Positions 9,824 to 19,583 of a stretch of DNA of 44,313 nucleotides are shown here, piece by piece. The stretch is taken from contig CBFGJN010000009.1 in the NCBI GenBank assembly GCA_965649115.1, positions 1 through 44,313 on the forward strand. The letters run 5' to 3'. The stretch comes from a candidate division WOR-3 bacterium. Its GTDB lineage: Bacteria > Hydrothermota > Hydrothermia > LBFQ01 > DSFT01. A model generated the notes under the pieces. That model had not been told where the DNA came from. It searched no databases and saw only the letters and a program-made list of their open reading frames with translations. How positions within the stretch are numbered: position 1 is the first letter of the stretch; each line of letters starts with the position of its first letter. The position numbers and the translations under genes are program-made.

Positions 9824-10941
9824 TAATAATTTTTTCATTTTGGATTACACAAAAATTAGATACATTCGGCAATAAATTTATATCTGATTATGAAAATGGA
9901 ATTTTTTTGGAATTTGAATCGCACAAATTTTATGGCATTACATTAAGTGAAAAAAATTTTTTGGTTCAAATTGGTGGATTTTACGAAGATGGTTCTTATA
10001 ATAAAAGAAAATTTAGGGATATTTATGCGGGATATGAAAATGCATTTTTTCTTTTAAATTTTAGTAATTTTTTTATTACAATTGGAAGAAGAAGTCCAAG
10101 AATCTCAAAAATTGTTCTTTGGGATTTATTTTCATTAGATGGCTTTTCTATAAATTACAATTCAGAATTCTTTTCGTATAGCTTTTGGATAAATAAAATA
10201 AATTCAATTATAACACCCGAAAGTGTAAGTTTAATAGGAAAAACATATCCAAACGGCTATTTAATTGATAGATATTTAACAATTAGAAGGCTTGAAATAT
10301 ACACAAAAATTGGAGAATTTTTCATTACAGATTATGGTTTATTACCTCTTCCTTATGACATTAGTATTCCCTTTAGTGCTTTAAATCCATTTATTTCAAG
10401 CTATAATTTACAATGGAATGAAGGTTATGAAACGAATACAATTTTATCTTTTACTTACAAAAATAATTCACTTTTATTTGAGTTAGCAATTGATGATTTT
10501 CAATATAGTAGCGAAACAATAACAAAAATTCCTCCCAAAATTGCTTTTTGGTCTTATTTCAAAATTAATCCTTTTAAGTTTGAAATTTTATATGCAATGC
10601 CTTATACATTTAATAATAAAAGATTTGTTTCAAAGTGGTTAATTTACGATAAATCACCTTCAATTATAAGTTCAGATGAAATGAGAACTTACCTTTCTTA
10701 TTATAAAAACAATAATTACTTGTCAATTGGGTTAAAAATTAAAGGCGATATTGATATTTATCAAAAAGAAGAAAATTATATCTTTCATCTTCCATTTATT
10801 GAACCAATTAAAACATCAGTTCTAATTGAAACCTTTAAGGATTTAAGCATTAAAAATGATATAATAAGGATTGGTCTTTATTATGACGAACAAATTCTTA
10901 TAAACATAAATTTTATTGTTTCTTTAAAGGGATTTAAGTAA
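9820..10941 (+). CDS. Putative outer-membrane beta-barrel, capsule assembly Wzi-like
   Basis: IGRR, LNPF, ELAIDDFQ, PYTFN motifs resemble the Wzi family; aromatic-rich. Confidence 0.5.
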   Translation: MIIIFSFWITQKLDTFGNKFISDYENGIFLEFESHKFYGITLSEKNFLVQIGGFYEDGSYNKRKFRDIYAGYENAFFLLNFSNFFITIGRRSPRISKIVLWDLFSLDGFSINYNSEFFSYSFWINKINSIITPESVSLIGKTYPNGYLIDRYLTIRRLEIYTKIGEFFITDYGLLPLPYDISIPFSALNPFISSYNLQWNEGYETNTILSFTYKNNSLLFELAIDDFQYSSETITKIPPKIAFWSYFKINPFKFEILYAMPYTFNNKRFVSKWLIYDKSPSIISSDEMRTYLSYYKNNNYLSIGLKIKGDIDIYQKEENYIFHLPFIEPIKTSVLIETFKDLSIKNDIIRIGLYYDEQILININFIVSLKGFK

Positions 10942-10999
10942 GCAGAAAGGCTTGTTTTAAGGCAGAATTTTTCTGCTTTAAAATTTAAAGCTTCGTTTT

Positions 11000-11072
11000 G
11001 GGGCGGTAGCTCAGTTGGGAGAGCGCCTGAATGGCATTCAGGAGGTCGGGGGTTCAAGTCCCCTCCGCTCCA
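11000..11072 (+). tRNA. tRNA-Ala(GGC)
   Basis: GGGGCGG/CCGCTCC acceptor stem with G3:U70, D arm, anticodon arm CCTGA-ATGGCAT-TCAGG, GTTCAAGTC T loop; CCA not encoded. Confidence 0.97.
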
Positions 11073-11076
11073 TTCT

Positions 11077-11628
11077 TTGATTGGTAGAAAATTATTTCAT
11101 TTTCTCTCAATTGTTTTAATTTTTCCTGTTTTGTTCTTAAATGATAATTATAGAATTGCTTTTTCAATTTTCTTTCTAATTGTTGTTTTAACAATTGATG
11201 TTTTAAAATTAAAAAATAGAAATTTTAGGAAAATTTTTTTAAGCATTTTTGGAAGTATATTAAAGAAAAATGAAATTAGCGATTGGACAGGAGCAACGTA
11301 CTTAGCAATATCATATGCTCTAATAAATGTTCTCTTTGAAAAAGAAATTGTCATTTTTTCACTTATTGTTTTAGCAATTTGCGATCCAATTGCAGCAATT
11401 TTTGGCACTTATATTAGACCAAACATAAGAATTTATAAGAAATCAATAAATGGATTAATTGGTTTCTATATATCAGGAATTATCATATCACTATTGCTTT
11501 TTGAGAATATAAGTTTATTTTCAAAAATTTTAGCAGTTTTAATAAGTGGTATTGTTGAGGTTTTTACACCAATTGATGATAATTTAAGTGTTCCTTTAAC
11601 TACTGCTTTTGTATTAAAGTTTATTTAA
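11077..11628 (+). CDS. Dolichol/phytol kinase family (CTP-dependent) membrane protein
   Basis: RKLFH, GATY, DPIAAIFG, KSING, DDNLSVP motifs; multiple TM helices. Confidence 0.85.
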   Translation: MIGRKLFHFLSIVLIFPVLFLNDNYRIAFSIFFLIVVLTIDVLKLKNRNFRKIFLSIFGSILKKNEISDWTGATYLAISYALINVLFEKEIVIFSLIVLAICDPIAAIFGTYIRPNIRIYKKSINGLIGFYISGIIISLLLFENISLFSKILAVLISGIVEVFTPIDDNLSVPLTTAFVLKFI

Positions 11629-11646
11629 TAAAAAGGAGGAGAAACT

Positions 11647-13530
11647 ATGATAACACTTCTAATGTTAAAAGCAGATGTTTATAATGATGAAGGATACATA
11701 AAGGCAAAAACTTATGAAATGAAATTTGAATATGAAAAAGCAAAAGATGAATATCTTAAACTGGCCAAAAAGTACAAAGGAAAAAATCTTGCTATTATAT
11801 ACAAGGAATTGGCTGATCTTTATTTCTTCTATTATTATCCTGATAGTATAAGTTTGGCTTACGATTACATTTCAAAGGCATATAAATTGGACAAAAATAA
11901 TGATGAGATTTTATATAGATTAGCACTTTATTCAGAAGCAAATGAAAATTTTCAATTAGCATCAAAATATTATGAAAATCTTGTTGTTAAATTTCAAAAA
12001 AGTGAGTTTTTCAATGATGCTCTTGATGGAGTGGAGAGGATATTTCCAAAGAATTATAAAGAAGAAATTGTAGCAAAGTATGATAATCAATTTATAACAT
12101 CTATGGAATTAGAAAAAGAAATTGAAAACCAACCACCCTTTACAAGAGCAAAGTATGAAAATTATGAAGGTAAAAAAGAGCTTTTAAATATGATGATTGA
12201 AAACCGCTTAGTCTATAAAGAGGCTTTAAATAGAGGATTACATAGAAATTCAGAATTTAGGGAAAAATTATATGAAAATCTCAAAGATGATTTTGCGAGA
12301 GTGTATTATACTAAGTACATAAGTGATAAAATTAAAGTTGATTCCTCTGAAGTTAAGGATTATTATGAAAAAAATAAACAGAATTACAGAATTTGGGGAT
12401 TTGTAAATTTGAAAGTTATGAAATGGGAAGATAGTTTAAATGTTCCAAAAGATAGTATATTTGATGCTCAATCAAAAATTTTAACATTTTATGAAAATTC
12501 TCCTGATAGTAATTTATATAAACAATTTTCTCAAAAGGACACTATGAAATTATTTTTGGATAAAATAAGAGACACATTATATGCTATTAAAATAATAAAA
12601 ATTCAAAAACCCGATTATGTTAAATTTGAAGAAGTTTATAGTTCAATTGAAAGCAATTTGAAATTTGAGAAAGAGAAAAATGCTTGGGAAAAATTACTTG
12701 ATAGTTTATTAAATAAATTTGGTTTTGAAATTATAAATAAAGATACCATTAGTAAGCAAATTCCAGAAACACTTGCTGTTATAAAGCTTTTAGATATTTA
12801 TCTTACAAAGAAAAATTATGAAAATTATCTAAATAAAGTTCCTCCTGTTTATAGAAAAGCTTACAGCACAAAAGATGGAGCTTATGAGCTAATTAGAATT
12901 TTTACACAAAGAGAACTATTATTTAAGGATGCAATTGTTAATAAGAGAATTTTTATAAGATCTGATGGTTATAAATCACTTACTAAAAATTTTGAGAATT
13001 TAATAATTGATGAATTAAGAAACGAAATTATAAAAGATGTATCGGTTAGTGAAGAAGAAATTAAAAATTATTATAACGATAACAAAGAAAAACAATTTAG
13101 AGTTCCTGCAAATGCTAAAATCAGAAAATTAACATTTGATGATGAAAAAACCGCTCAAGAGATATTTAACATCCTAAAAAATAACCCTCAAAAATTTGAT
13201 TCAATTGCAAAAACAATAGCAAAAGATGAGGAAGAAAAGGAGTTTGGAGGTTTTGTATTTATAACTGAAAATGATACTTCATTATTTAATGAGATTAAAA
13301 ATTTAAAAGTTGGAAAACCAACATTAATTAAAAAAGATAATAAATGGCTTATAATAAGTGTTCAAGAATTTAATCCTTCAAAATATAGAAGTTTAGATGA
13401 AGTAAAGGAGCAAATAAATAATGTTTTATTGAATAATAAAAGAAATGAAAAGTGGGAAAGTTTCAAAAACAATTTAAAGTCAAAAGTTTCTGTTGAAATT
13501 TTATTAAAGGAAGAAAAGCAAGGGGGCTAA
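11647..13530 (+). CDS. TPR + duplicated SurA/PrsA-like peptidyl-prolyl isomerase chaperone
   Basis: N-terminal TPR-like helices; two modules with ITSMEL..LLNMMIE..LVYKEA and VSEEEIKNYY..F; AGGAGG SD. Confidence 0.8.
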   Translation: MITLLMLKADVYNDEGYIKAKTYEMKFEYEKAKDEYLKLAKKYKGKNLAIIYKELADLYFFYYYPDSISLAYDYISKAYKLDKNNDEILYRLALYSEANENFQLASKYYENLVVKFQKSEFFNDALDGVERIFPKNYKEEIVAKYDNQFITSMELEKEIENQPPFTRAKYENYEGKKELLNMMIENRLVYKEALNRGLHRNSEFREKLYENLKDDFARVYYTKYISDKIKVDSSEVKDYYEKNKQNYRIWGFVNLKVMKWEDSLNVPKDSIFDAQSKILTFYENSPDSNLYKQFSQKDTMKLFLDKIRDTLYAIKIIKIQKPDYVKFEEVYSSIESNLKFEKEKNAWEKLLDSLLNKFGFEIINKDTISKQIPETLAVIKLLDIYLTKKNYENYLNKVPPVYRKAYSTKDGAYELIRIFTQRELLFKDAIVNKRIFIRSDGYKSLTKNFENLIIDELRNEIIKDVSVSEEEIKNYYNDNKEKQFRVPANAKIRKLTFDDEKTAQEIFNILKNNPQKFDSIAKTIAKDEEEKEFGGFVFITENDTSLFNEIKNLKVGKPTLIKKDNKWLIISVQEFNPSKYRSLDEVKEQINNVLLNNKRNEKWESFKNNLKSKVSVEILLKEEKQGG

Positions 13531-13531
13531 T

Positions 13532-15520
13532 GTGCTCCCTTTTCTATATTGGACTAATTTAAGTGGGGTTTATGATGGAATTGTATTTAAAGATACGATT
13601 TATTTAGCAACATTTGGGGGAATTTTACTATTAAACAAAAATTTGGAAAAAATTAAAGTTTATAATTTTTCTGATGGGACAAATTCAAACATTATTGTTT
13701 CAGTAGATACATTTAAAGGAAAAATTTACTATCTAACAAAAAATAATGGTTTTGGATATATAGAAAATAATAAGGTTTATCATTATCCAAAAAGTCAAAT
13801 TCCGATAAGTGATTTAAGTAATGGTAAAGGATTATTCTCTTATAAAAATTATCTTTTTATTTATGGTAAAAATTGGATTTTGTTTTTTGTTGGTAATAAT
13901 TTGAAATTTATTGACATAAATGTTTATCAAATTAAGCCTGATATTGGTTGTATTTTCGTTTATAATGATACAATTTATATAGGTGATAGTCTTGGTTATT
14001 TGAAAACTTATATAAATTTTGTAGATATTCCTGCAAGTTATCAAAGGGTTAATGTACCAAAGGTAAATTTTATAAATGTTTATAATGGAAATGTTATTTT
14101 TGGAACAGTAAATGGCATTTACGATAAGAATGGGAATGTTTTAGCTAATGGATTTTCAGCAGTTTATTTTGAAACATTTAAAGACACATTATTTATTTCT
14201 TCACGAAATTTAAATAGTAGTGAAATTTATTCAGATGGAATTTTAAAAAAATTTAAGGATAATAACTTGATTGACGAGCCAAATTATAAGGAGCCTTATT
14301 TTATAATGAGAATTGACACTTTTTTAATTATTTCAAGATTTCATCGCAATAACCTTTCAATATATGTAGATAATTTAGCTTGGGGCATTTATACATATCC
14401 AAGCTTTAAAAATTATAGATTTGGATTTCCTTTCAATTTTATTTCAAATATATACACTTTAAAAAGCAACATATTCTTATGGACACATACGGATTATGAC
14501 TATAATCCAAATAATTTAAATTATGCAGGTTATCTTGTTAACAAAAATAAAATTATTGAACTTGGTGATAGTGTTTATCGGATAACGAAAGTTATTAGAA
14601 TAGATGATGGTTTAATAGGTGTTTCTTCATTTTTCTCATTTTTTTTCGTTGATACATTATCTAATGTTATTTATTGTAGGGCTGTTCCAGTTTTTCCTGT
14701 AAATCCTGATATGGCTTTAACAAGTTTAACAATTTATAAGGATACAATTTTCATTTCAAGTTTTAGTGGAATTGTTTATAAAACAGATAAGAATTGCTCA
14801 ATTTTTACAAATTCATTTTATAGTTATCAGGTTGGAAGTGTTAGCGATATTGAAGCTAATGGGGATTTTTTAGCAATTGGTGGAAGTGGAGGGTTTGTGG
14901 TATTTCAAGGAGAAAATTTAGTTTTTAAGGATATTAATGTCATTCCAACTTCAATTAAAAAATATAAAGATGGCTTTTTGGTAGGGACAAATAATGGGCT
15001 TTATTTTTATAATGGAAATTTAAATAAGGTTCAAGTTCTTTCAAATAAATCTATAACTGATGTAATTATAGATAAATTTAATAGTGTTTTTGTTTTGACA
15101 AATGATGGACTTTATAGATTAAATGAAAATTTAGATAATATATTGGAGTTTTATTTAATTTCAGGGAAAACATTCATTCAAACAACAAATTTTCCAATTC
15201 TTCACCCACTATCAATTTATAACGATACGCTTTTGCTTGTAGGTTCAAGTGAGGGAACAGCACTAATTAGAATAAATAGCTTAATTGAAGAAAATATTTT
15301 CTTATATCCAAATCCTGCAAGGGATTTTATTAGAATTAAGAATTTAAAGGGTTCTTATGAATATAAAGTTTATATTTTAACTCTATCAGGTAAATTGAAG
15401 AAGAATTTAAATGTCAAAAGTTCAAGTAGTGGAGAAGTAATTATTGATATTAGTGATTTAGAAAAAGGTTTATATATTTTAAGAATTTCAAATAAAAACT
15501 TGAAATTTGTAAAGAATTGA
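13532..15520 (+). CDS. Beta-propeller protein (PorZ-like) with T9SS type A C-terminal sorting domain
   Basis: Repeated LAT.GG / FGT.NG / VGT.NG blades; C-terminal LYPNP...SGK...DISDLEKGLYILRI..KFVK. Confidence 0.75.
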   Translation: MLPFLYWTNLSGVYDGIVFKDTIYLATFGGILLLNKNLEKIKVYNFSDGTNSNIIVSVDTFKGKIYYLTKNNGFGYIENNKVYHYPKSQIPISDLSNGKGLFSYKNYLFIYGKNWILFFVGNNLKFIDINVYQIKPDIGCIFVYNDTIYIGDSLGYLKTYINFVDIPASYQRVNVPKVNFINVYNGNVIFGTVNGIYDKNGNVLANGFSAVYFETFKDTLFISSRNLNSSEIYSDGILKKFKDNNLIDEPNYKEPYFIMRIDTFLIISRFHRNNLSIYVDNLAWGIYTYPSFKNYRFGFPFNFISNIYTLKSNIFLWTHTDYDYNPNNLNYAGYLVNKNKIIELGDSVYRITKVIRIDDGLIGVSSFFSFFFVDTLSNVIYCRAVPVFPVNPDMALTSLTIYKDTIFISSFSGIVYKTDKNCSIFTNSFYSYQVGSVSDIEANGDFLAIGGSGGFVVFQGENLVFKDINVIPTSIKKYKDGFLVGTNNGLYFYNGNLNKVQVLSNKSITDVIIDKFNSVFVLTNDGLYRLNENLDNILEFYLISGKTFIQTTNFPILHPLSIYNDTLLLVGSSEGTALIRINSLIEENIFLYPNPARDFIRIKNLKGSYEYKVYILTLSGKLKKNLNVKSSSSGEVIIDISDLEKGLYILRISNKNLKFVKN

Positions 15521-15521
15521 G

Positions 15522-15536
15522 GGGGGCAATGCCCCC
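15522..15536. terminator. GC hairpin between convergent genes
   Basis: GGGGGC-AAT-GCCCCC fills the 17-bp gap between two stop codons. Confidence 0.6.
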
Positions 15537-15537
15537 A

Positions 15538-16050
15538 TTATTTTAGAAGGTCAAATGCAAATGGGTCTTTGTCTACTTCAATTTCGTTAGCTCCTATGAA
15601 AATATGATGTGTTTTATGCTTTTCTAATTCTAAATTAAATACAAGAAACTTTCCATTCTCAATTTTGAATTTTATTCCATCAGTTTTTTCACCAGTATTG
15701 AAATGGAACTTTATTTCCTTATCTCCTACCATTTCAAAATAATCACCCTTTTTCTCTGAAAAATTTCCATTTTCAAGATGTACTCCACTGACATCACTTA
15801 TTTTTGCTCCCTTACCTATAATCCTTATTCTACCTGTAAATAGCTCTCCTTTATCACTTTCAGAAGTTGTTATTAGATATACTGTTCTTCCTTCATGCCA
15901 TATGAAGAAACCAACTGATCTACCAGGAACGATATTTTTCGGTCTGCCTTCTGCTTTTGACCAAGGGATAGCATTTTTTATGGCGGATTTTATTTTATCC
16001 GCTTTCTCTTCAATTTGCTGTTGTAATGTCAAAATTGTCAAGAGCATCAT
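15538..16050 (-). CDS. Hypothetical exported protein (start reassigned to ATG 16050)
   Basis: ORF track 15538..16065; in-frame ATGATG gives MMLLTILTLQQQ; beta-rich body. Confidence 0.6.
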   Translation of the reverse strand: MMLLTILTLQQQIEEKADKIKSAIKNAIPWSKAEGRPKNIVPGRSVGFFIWHEGRTVYLITTSESDKGELFTGRIRIIGKGAKISDVSGVHLENGNFSEKKGDYFEMVGDKEIKFHFNTGEKTDGIKFKIENGKFLVFNLELEKHKTHHIFIGANEIEVDKDPFAFDLLK

Positions 16051-16112
16051 ATTATTAATTGACAATTTTTTCTTAAAAAAGGTTGCATATCCATTCCCTT
16101 AAAATTTTCATT

Positions 16113-17837
16113 ATGACTAAAATAAAAGAGCACGATGTGATTATAATGGGTAGCGGATTGGCAGGTTTAAGATGTGCATTACAATTAGTAATGGAAAGTA
16201 AAGGTGAAATTGATTTAGCAATTGTTTCAAAAGTTCAACTTATGCGCTCTCATTCTGTTTCTGCTGAGGGAGGAACAGCAGGTGCTATTAGGCAAGATGA
16301 AGGAGATAGTCTTGAACTTCATGCATGGGACTTAATAAAAGGTTCAGACTTTCTAGCAGATCAGGATGCTGTTTGGAAATATGTAAATAGAATGCCTTAT
16401 GAGATACTATTTTTAGACAGACTTGGAATGCCTTGGAGTAGAAGGCCAGATGGTAAAATAGCAACACGACCATTCGGAGGTCAAGCATTTCCAAGAACTG
16501 CTTATGCAGGTGATAAAACAGGCTTTTTTGCAATGCAAACACTTTATGATGCCCTTCAAAAATATACTGATAAATTTACAAGATATGATGAATTTTTTAC
16601 CACTCATATAATTATAGGAGAGGATAAATCATTTAGAGCAATTTTAGGAATTTATTTACCAGAAGGTGAAATTTACGTTTTAAGAGCAAAAGCCCTTGTA
16701 ATTGCAACAGGTTCTGCTATTAGAATGTACGGATTTACAACAATGGCCTATTCAGGAACAGGTGATGGTGTTGCTATGGCTTATAGGATTGGCATTCCTA
16801 TAAAAGATATGGAATTTATGCAATTTCATCCAACAGGTTTAATTCCATCTGGAATTCTATTAACCGAGGGAGCAAGAGGTGAAGGAGGTTATTTAATAAA
16901 TAATAAAGGTGAAAGATTTATGAAGAAATATGCTGAAAAATTTATGGAATTAGCACCAAGAGACATTACATCAAGAGCAATAATGACTGAAATTGAAGAA
17001 GGAAGAGGATTTAAAGGTCCAAATAACTTGGATTATGTTCTCTTGGATTTAAGACATTTAGGAAGAGAAAGAATTATAACAAGACTTCCACTTGTAAGAG
17101 AATTATGTATAAAACTAATAGGAATTGATCCTATAAACGAACCAGTTCCTATTAGACCTGTTGCTCACTATATGATGGGAGGAATTGATGTTGATTTGGA
17201 AGGTAGGACAATATATGAGGGTATATGGGCTATTGGTGAATGTGCTTGCGTTTCAGTCCACGGTGCTAACAGACTTGGTTCTAATGCAACTGCTGAATGT
17301 TTGGCTTGGGGTTATTTCGCAGGTGTAGATGTTAGTAATTTTGTTAAGGAAAAAACACTAAAAGATTTGCCAATAAGTGAAGTTGAAAATGCTGAAAAAG
17401 AAATTTATCATTTATTAAATAAAGATGGAAATGAAAATCAATATAAGATAAGAAGTGAGCTTTGGGAAATAATGGATAAATATGTTGGTGTTTTTAGAGA
17501 TAGAGATGGACTTGAAAAAGCTTTAAGTAAAATAAGGGAATTGAAGAGTAGATGGAAAAATATAAAAATAAACGATAAATCATTAATTTACAATACTGAA
17601 CTTATGAATGCAATTGAATTAAAAAATATGCTTGACTTGGCAGAAGTTGTGATTGAAGGTGCTTTATTAAGAGAAGAAAGTAGAGGGGCACATTATAGGA
17701 GAGATTTTCCAAAAAGAGATGATGAAAATTGGTTAAAACATACACTTGCTATATATGATAAAGAAAATGATAAACCGAGATTTAGTTATAAACCTGTTAA
17801 AATTTTATACTGGAAACCTGTTGAAAGAAGATATTAA
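16113..17837 (+). CDS. sdhA: Succinate dehydrogenase/fumarate reductase flavoprotein subunit (start likely ATG 16113)
   Basis: GSGLAG, RSHSVSAEGG (covalent FAD His), QFHPTG, EGARGEGG, HYMMGG, HGANRLGSN, ESRGAH. Confidence 0.95.
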   Translation: MTKIKEHDVIIMGSGLAGLRCALQLVMESKGEIDLAIVSKVQLMRSHSVSAEGGTAGAIRQDEGDSLELHAWDLIKGSDFLADQDAVWKYVNRMPYEILFLDRLGMPWSRRPDGKIATRPFGGQAFPRTAYAGDKTGFFAMQTLYDALQKYTDKFTRYDEFFTTHIIIGEDKSFRAILGIYLPEGEIYVLRAKALVIATGSAIRMYGFTTMAYSGTGDGVAMAYRIGIPIKDMEFMQFHPTGLIPSGILLTEGARGEGGYLINNKGERFMKKYAEKFMELAPRDITSRAIMTEIEEGRGFKGPNNLDYVLLDLRHLGRERIITRLPLVRELCIKLIGIDPINEPVPIRPVAHYMMGGIDVDLEGRTIYEGIWAIGECACVSVHGANRLGSNATAECLAWGYFAGVDVSNFVKEKTLKDLPISEVENAEKEIYHLLNKDGNENQYKIRSELWEIMDKYVGVFRDRDGLEKALSKIRELKSRWKNIKINDKSLIYNTELMNAIELKNMLDLAEVVIEGALLREESRGAHYRRDFPKRDDENWLKHTLAIYDKENDKPRFSYKPVKILYWKPVERRY

Positions 17838-18422
17838 ATGAAAATTACAAGGGGAGAAGGTTTATTAGAAAATTTTTTAGCAGAACAAAGGTACAGAATT
17901 GTAAAAAGAATTTTAAGTAGTTTTAAAGGAAGGAATAGAATCCTTGATATTGGTTGTGGTTCTTATCCAAAGTTTTTAATGAGTTTGGATTTTAAAGAGA
18001 AGTTTGGAATTGATAAATATGACTATGATTTTAATAATTATGGAGTTAATTTTGTAAAGTTTGATTTAGAAAAAAATAAAGTTCTTCCATTTGAGGACAA
18101 TTTTTTTGATGTAATAACTGCTCTTGCATTAATTGAACATTTAGAAAAAAATGTAGTTGAAAATTTATTTTTTGAAGCTTTTAGAATTCTTAAAAATAAA
18201 GGAATTTTTATAATAACTACTCCTTCAAAAATCTCAAAACCAATTTTAGAGTTGTTTTCAAAGATAAAAATTGTAAGTATGGAAGAGGTTGAAGAACATA
18301 AATATTACTATGAGGTTTCTGAAATTTATAAGTTATTTGAAATGGCAAATTTTAAAAATATAAATGTTAAATTGTTTGAATTAGGTTTTAACATTATTGG
18401 TTATGGTTATAAACTTCTATAA
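17838..18422 (+). CDS. Class I SAM-dependent methyltransferase
   Basis: ILDIGCG, LPFEDNFFDVI, IEHL, RILK..G. Confidence 0.9.
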   Translation: MKITRGEGLLENFLAEQRYRIVKRILSSFKGRNRILDIGCGSYPKFLMSLDFKEKFGIDKYDYDFNNYGVNFVKFDLEKNKVLPFEDNFFDVITALALIEHLEKNVVENLFFEAFRILKNKGIFIITTPSKISKPILELFSKIKIVSMEEVEEHKYYYEVSEIYKLFEMANFKNINVKLFELGFNIIGYGYKLL

Positions 18423-19581
18423 GTGTTGCAATACCTTGTCCTACTCCTATACATAAACTTGCTATTCCAAGTCCTCCACCTCTTCTTCTTAATTCATATA
18501 TTAAGGTTGTTAAAATTCTTGCGCCCGAACATCCAAGAGGATGACCAAGAGCAATAGCACCACCATTAACATTTAATTTTTCCTCTTCAATTTCAATTTC
18601 CCTTAATACTGCTAAAACTTGCGCTGCAAATGCTTCATTTATTTCAAATAATTTAATATCATTTAATTTTAGATTAAAACGTTTGAGGAGTTTTTTAATA
18701 GCAAATGCAGGTCCAATCCCCATAATATCTGGATTAACACCTACAACACTTGTTCCTATAATTCTTGCAAGGGGTTTTAAATTTAATTCTTTTAATTTTT
18801 TTTCAGATACTAAAACTAATGCACATGCTCCATCATTTAGTGAAGATGAGTTTCCAGCAGTGACTGTTCCATTTTCTTTAAATGCTGGTTTTAATTTTGA
18901 AAGTTTTTCTAAGCTTGTATCCCTTCTTGGTCCTTCATCAATTTCAAAAATTTTACCATCAGGTAATGGAACAGGAACAATTTCTTCTTTGAATTTTCCT
19001 TCATCTATTGCTTTAATTGCTTTTAAATGACTTTTATATGCAAATAAATCTTGTTCTTCTCTTGAAATTTTATATAATTCTGCTAAGTTTTCAGCGGTTT
19101 CACCCATAGAGTAAGGATAAAATGGAAATTTTGGATTTATAAATCTCCAACCAAGTGATGTATCATAAACTTCAAAATTCCCTCTTTTAAATGCTTGATC
19201 AGGTTTTGGCATTACATAAGGTGCTCTTGTCATACTCTCAACACCACCTGCAACAACAATTTCTGCTTCACCAGATAATATACTTTTGAATGCTATATTT
19301 ACTGCTTCAAGACCTGAACCACATAATCTATTAACTGTACAAGCTGGAATTGTCCAAGGAAGGCCTGCAAGTAAAACAGCCATTCTTGCTACATTTCTAT
19401 TATCTTCCCCCGCTTGATTGGCACATCCAATATAAACATCGTCAATTAAATTTGGATCTAAATTTATTCTATTTATTACTTCTTTTATTACTAATGCACA
19501 TAAATCATCAGGTCTAACATCTTTTAATGCTCCTCCATATTTTCCAATAGGTGTTCTAACTGCTGAAACGATGTAAACCAT
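18394..19581 (-). CDS. Acetyl-CoA C-acyltransferase (thiolase), PaaJ/PcaF-like
   Basis: RPDDL, ANQAGEDNRNVARM, NRLCGSG, NEAFAAQ, GHPLG, CIGVGQG. Confidence 0.95.
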   Translation of the reverse strand: MVYIVSAVRTPIGKYGGALKDVRPDDLCALVIKEVINRINLDPNLIDDVYIGCANQAGEDNRNVARMAVLLAGLPWTIPACTVNRLCGSGLEAVNIAFKSILSGEAEIVVAGGVESMTRAPYVMPKPDQAFKRGNFEVYDTSLGWRFINPKFPFYPYSMGETAENLAELYKISREEQDLFAYKSHLKAIKAIDEGKFKEEIVPVPLPDGKIFEIDEGPRRDTSLEKLSKLKPAFKENGTVTAGNSSSLNDGACALVLVSEKKLKELNLKPLARIIGTSVVGVNPDIMGIGPAFAIKKLLKRFNLKLNDIKLFEINEAFAAQVLAVLREIEIEEEKLNVNGGAIALGHPLGCSGARILTTLIYELRRRGGGLGIASLCIGVGQGIATLIEVYNHNQ

Positions 19582-19583
19582 GA

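Noticed and set aside
11000..11072. tRNA genes as prophage or ICE integration sites
   Set aside because: No duplicated tRNA 3' end and no integrase found in the window.
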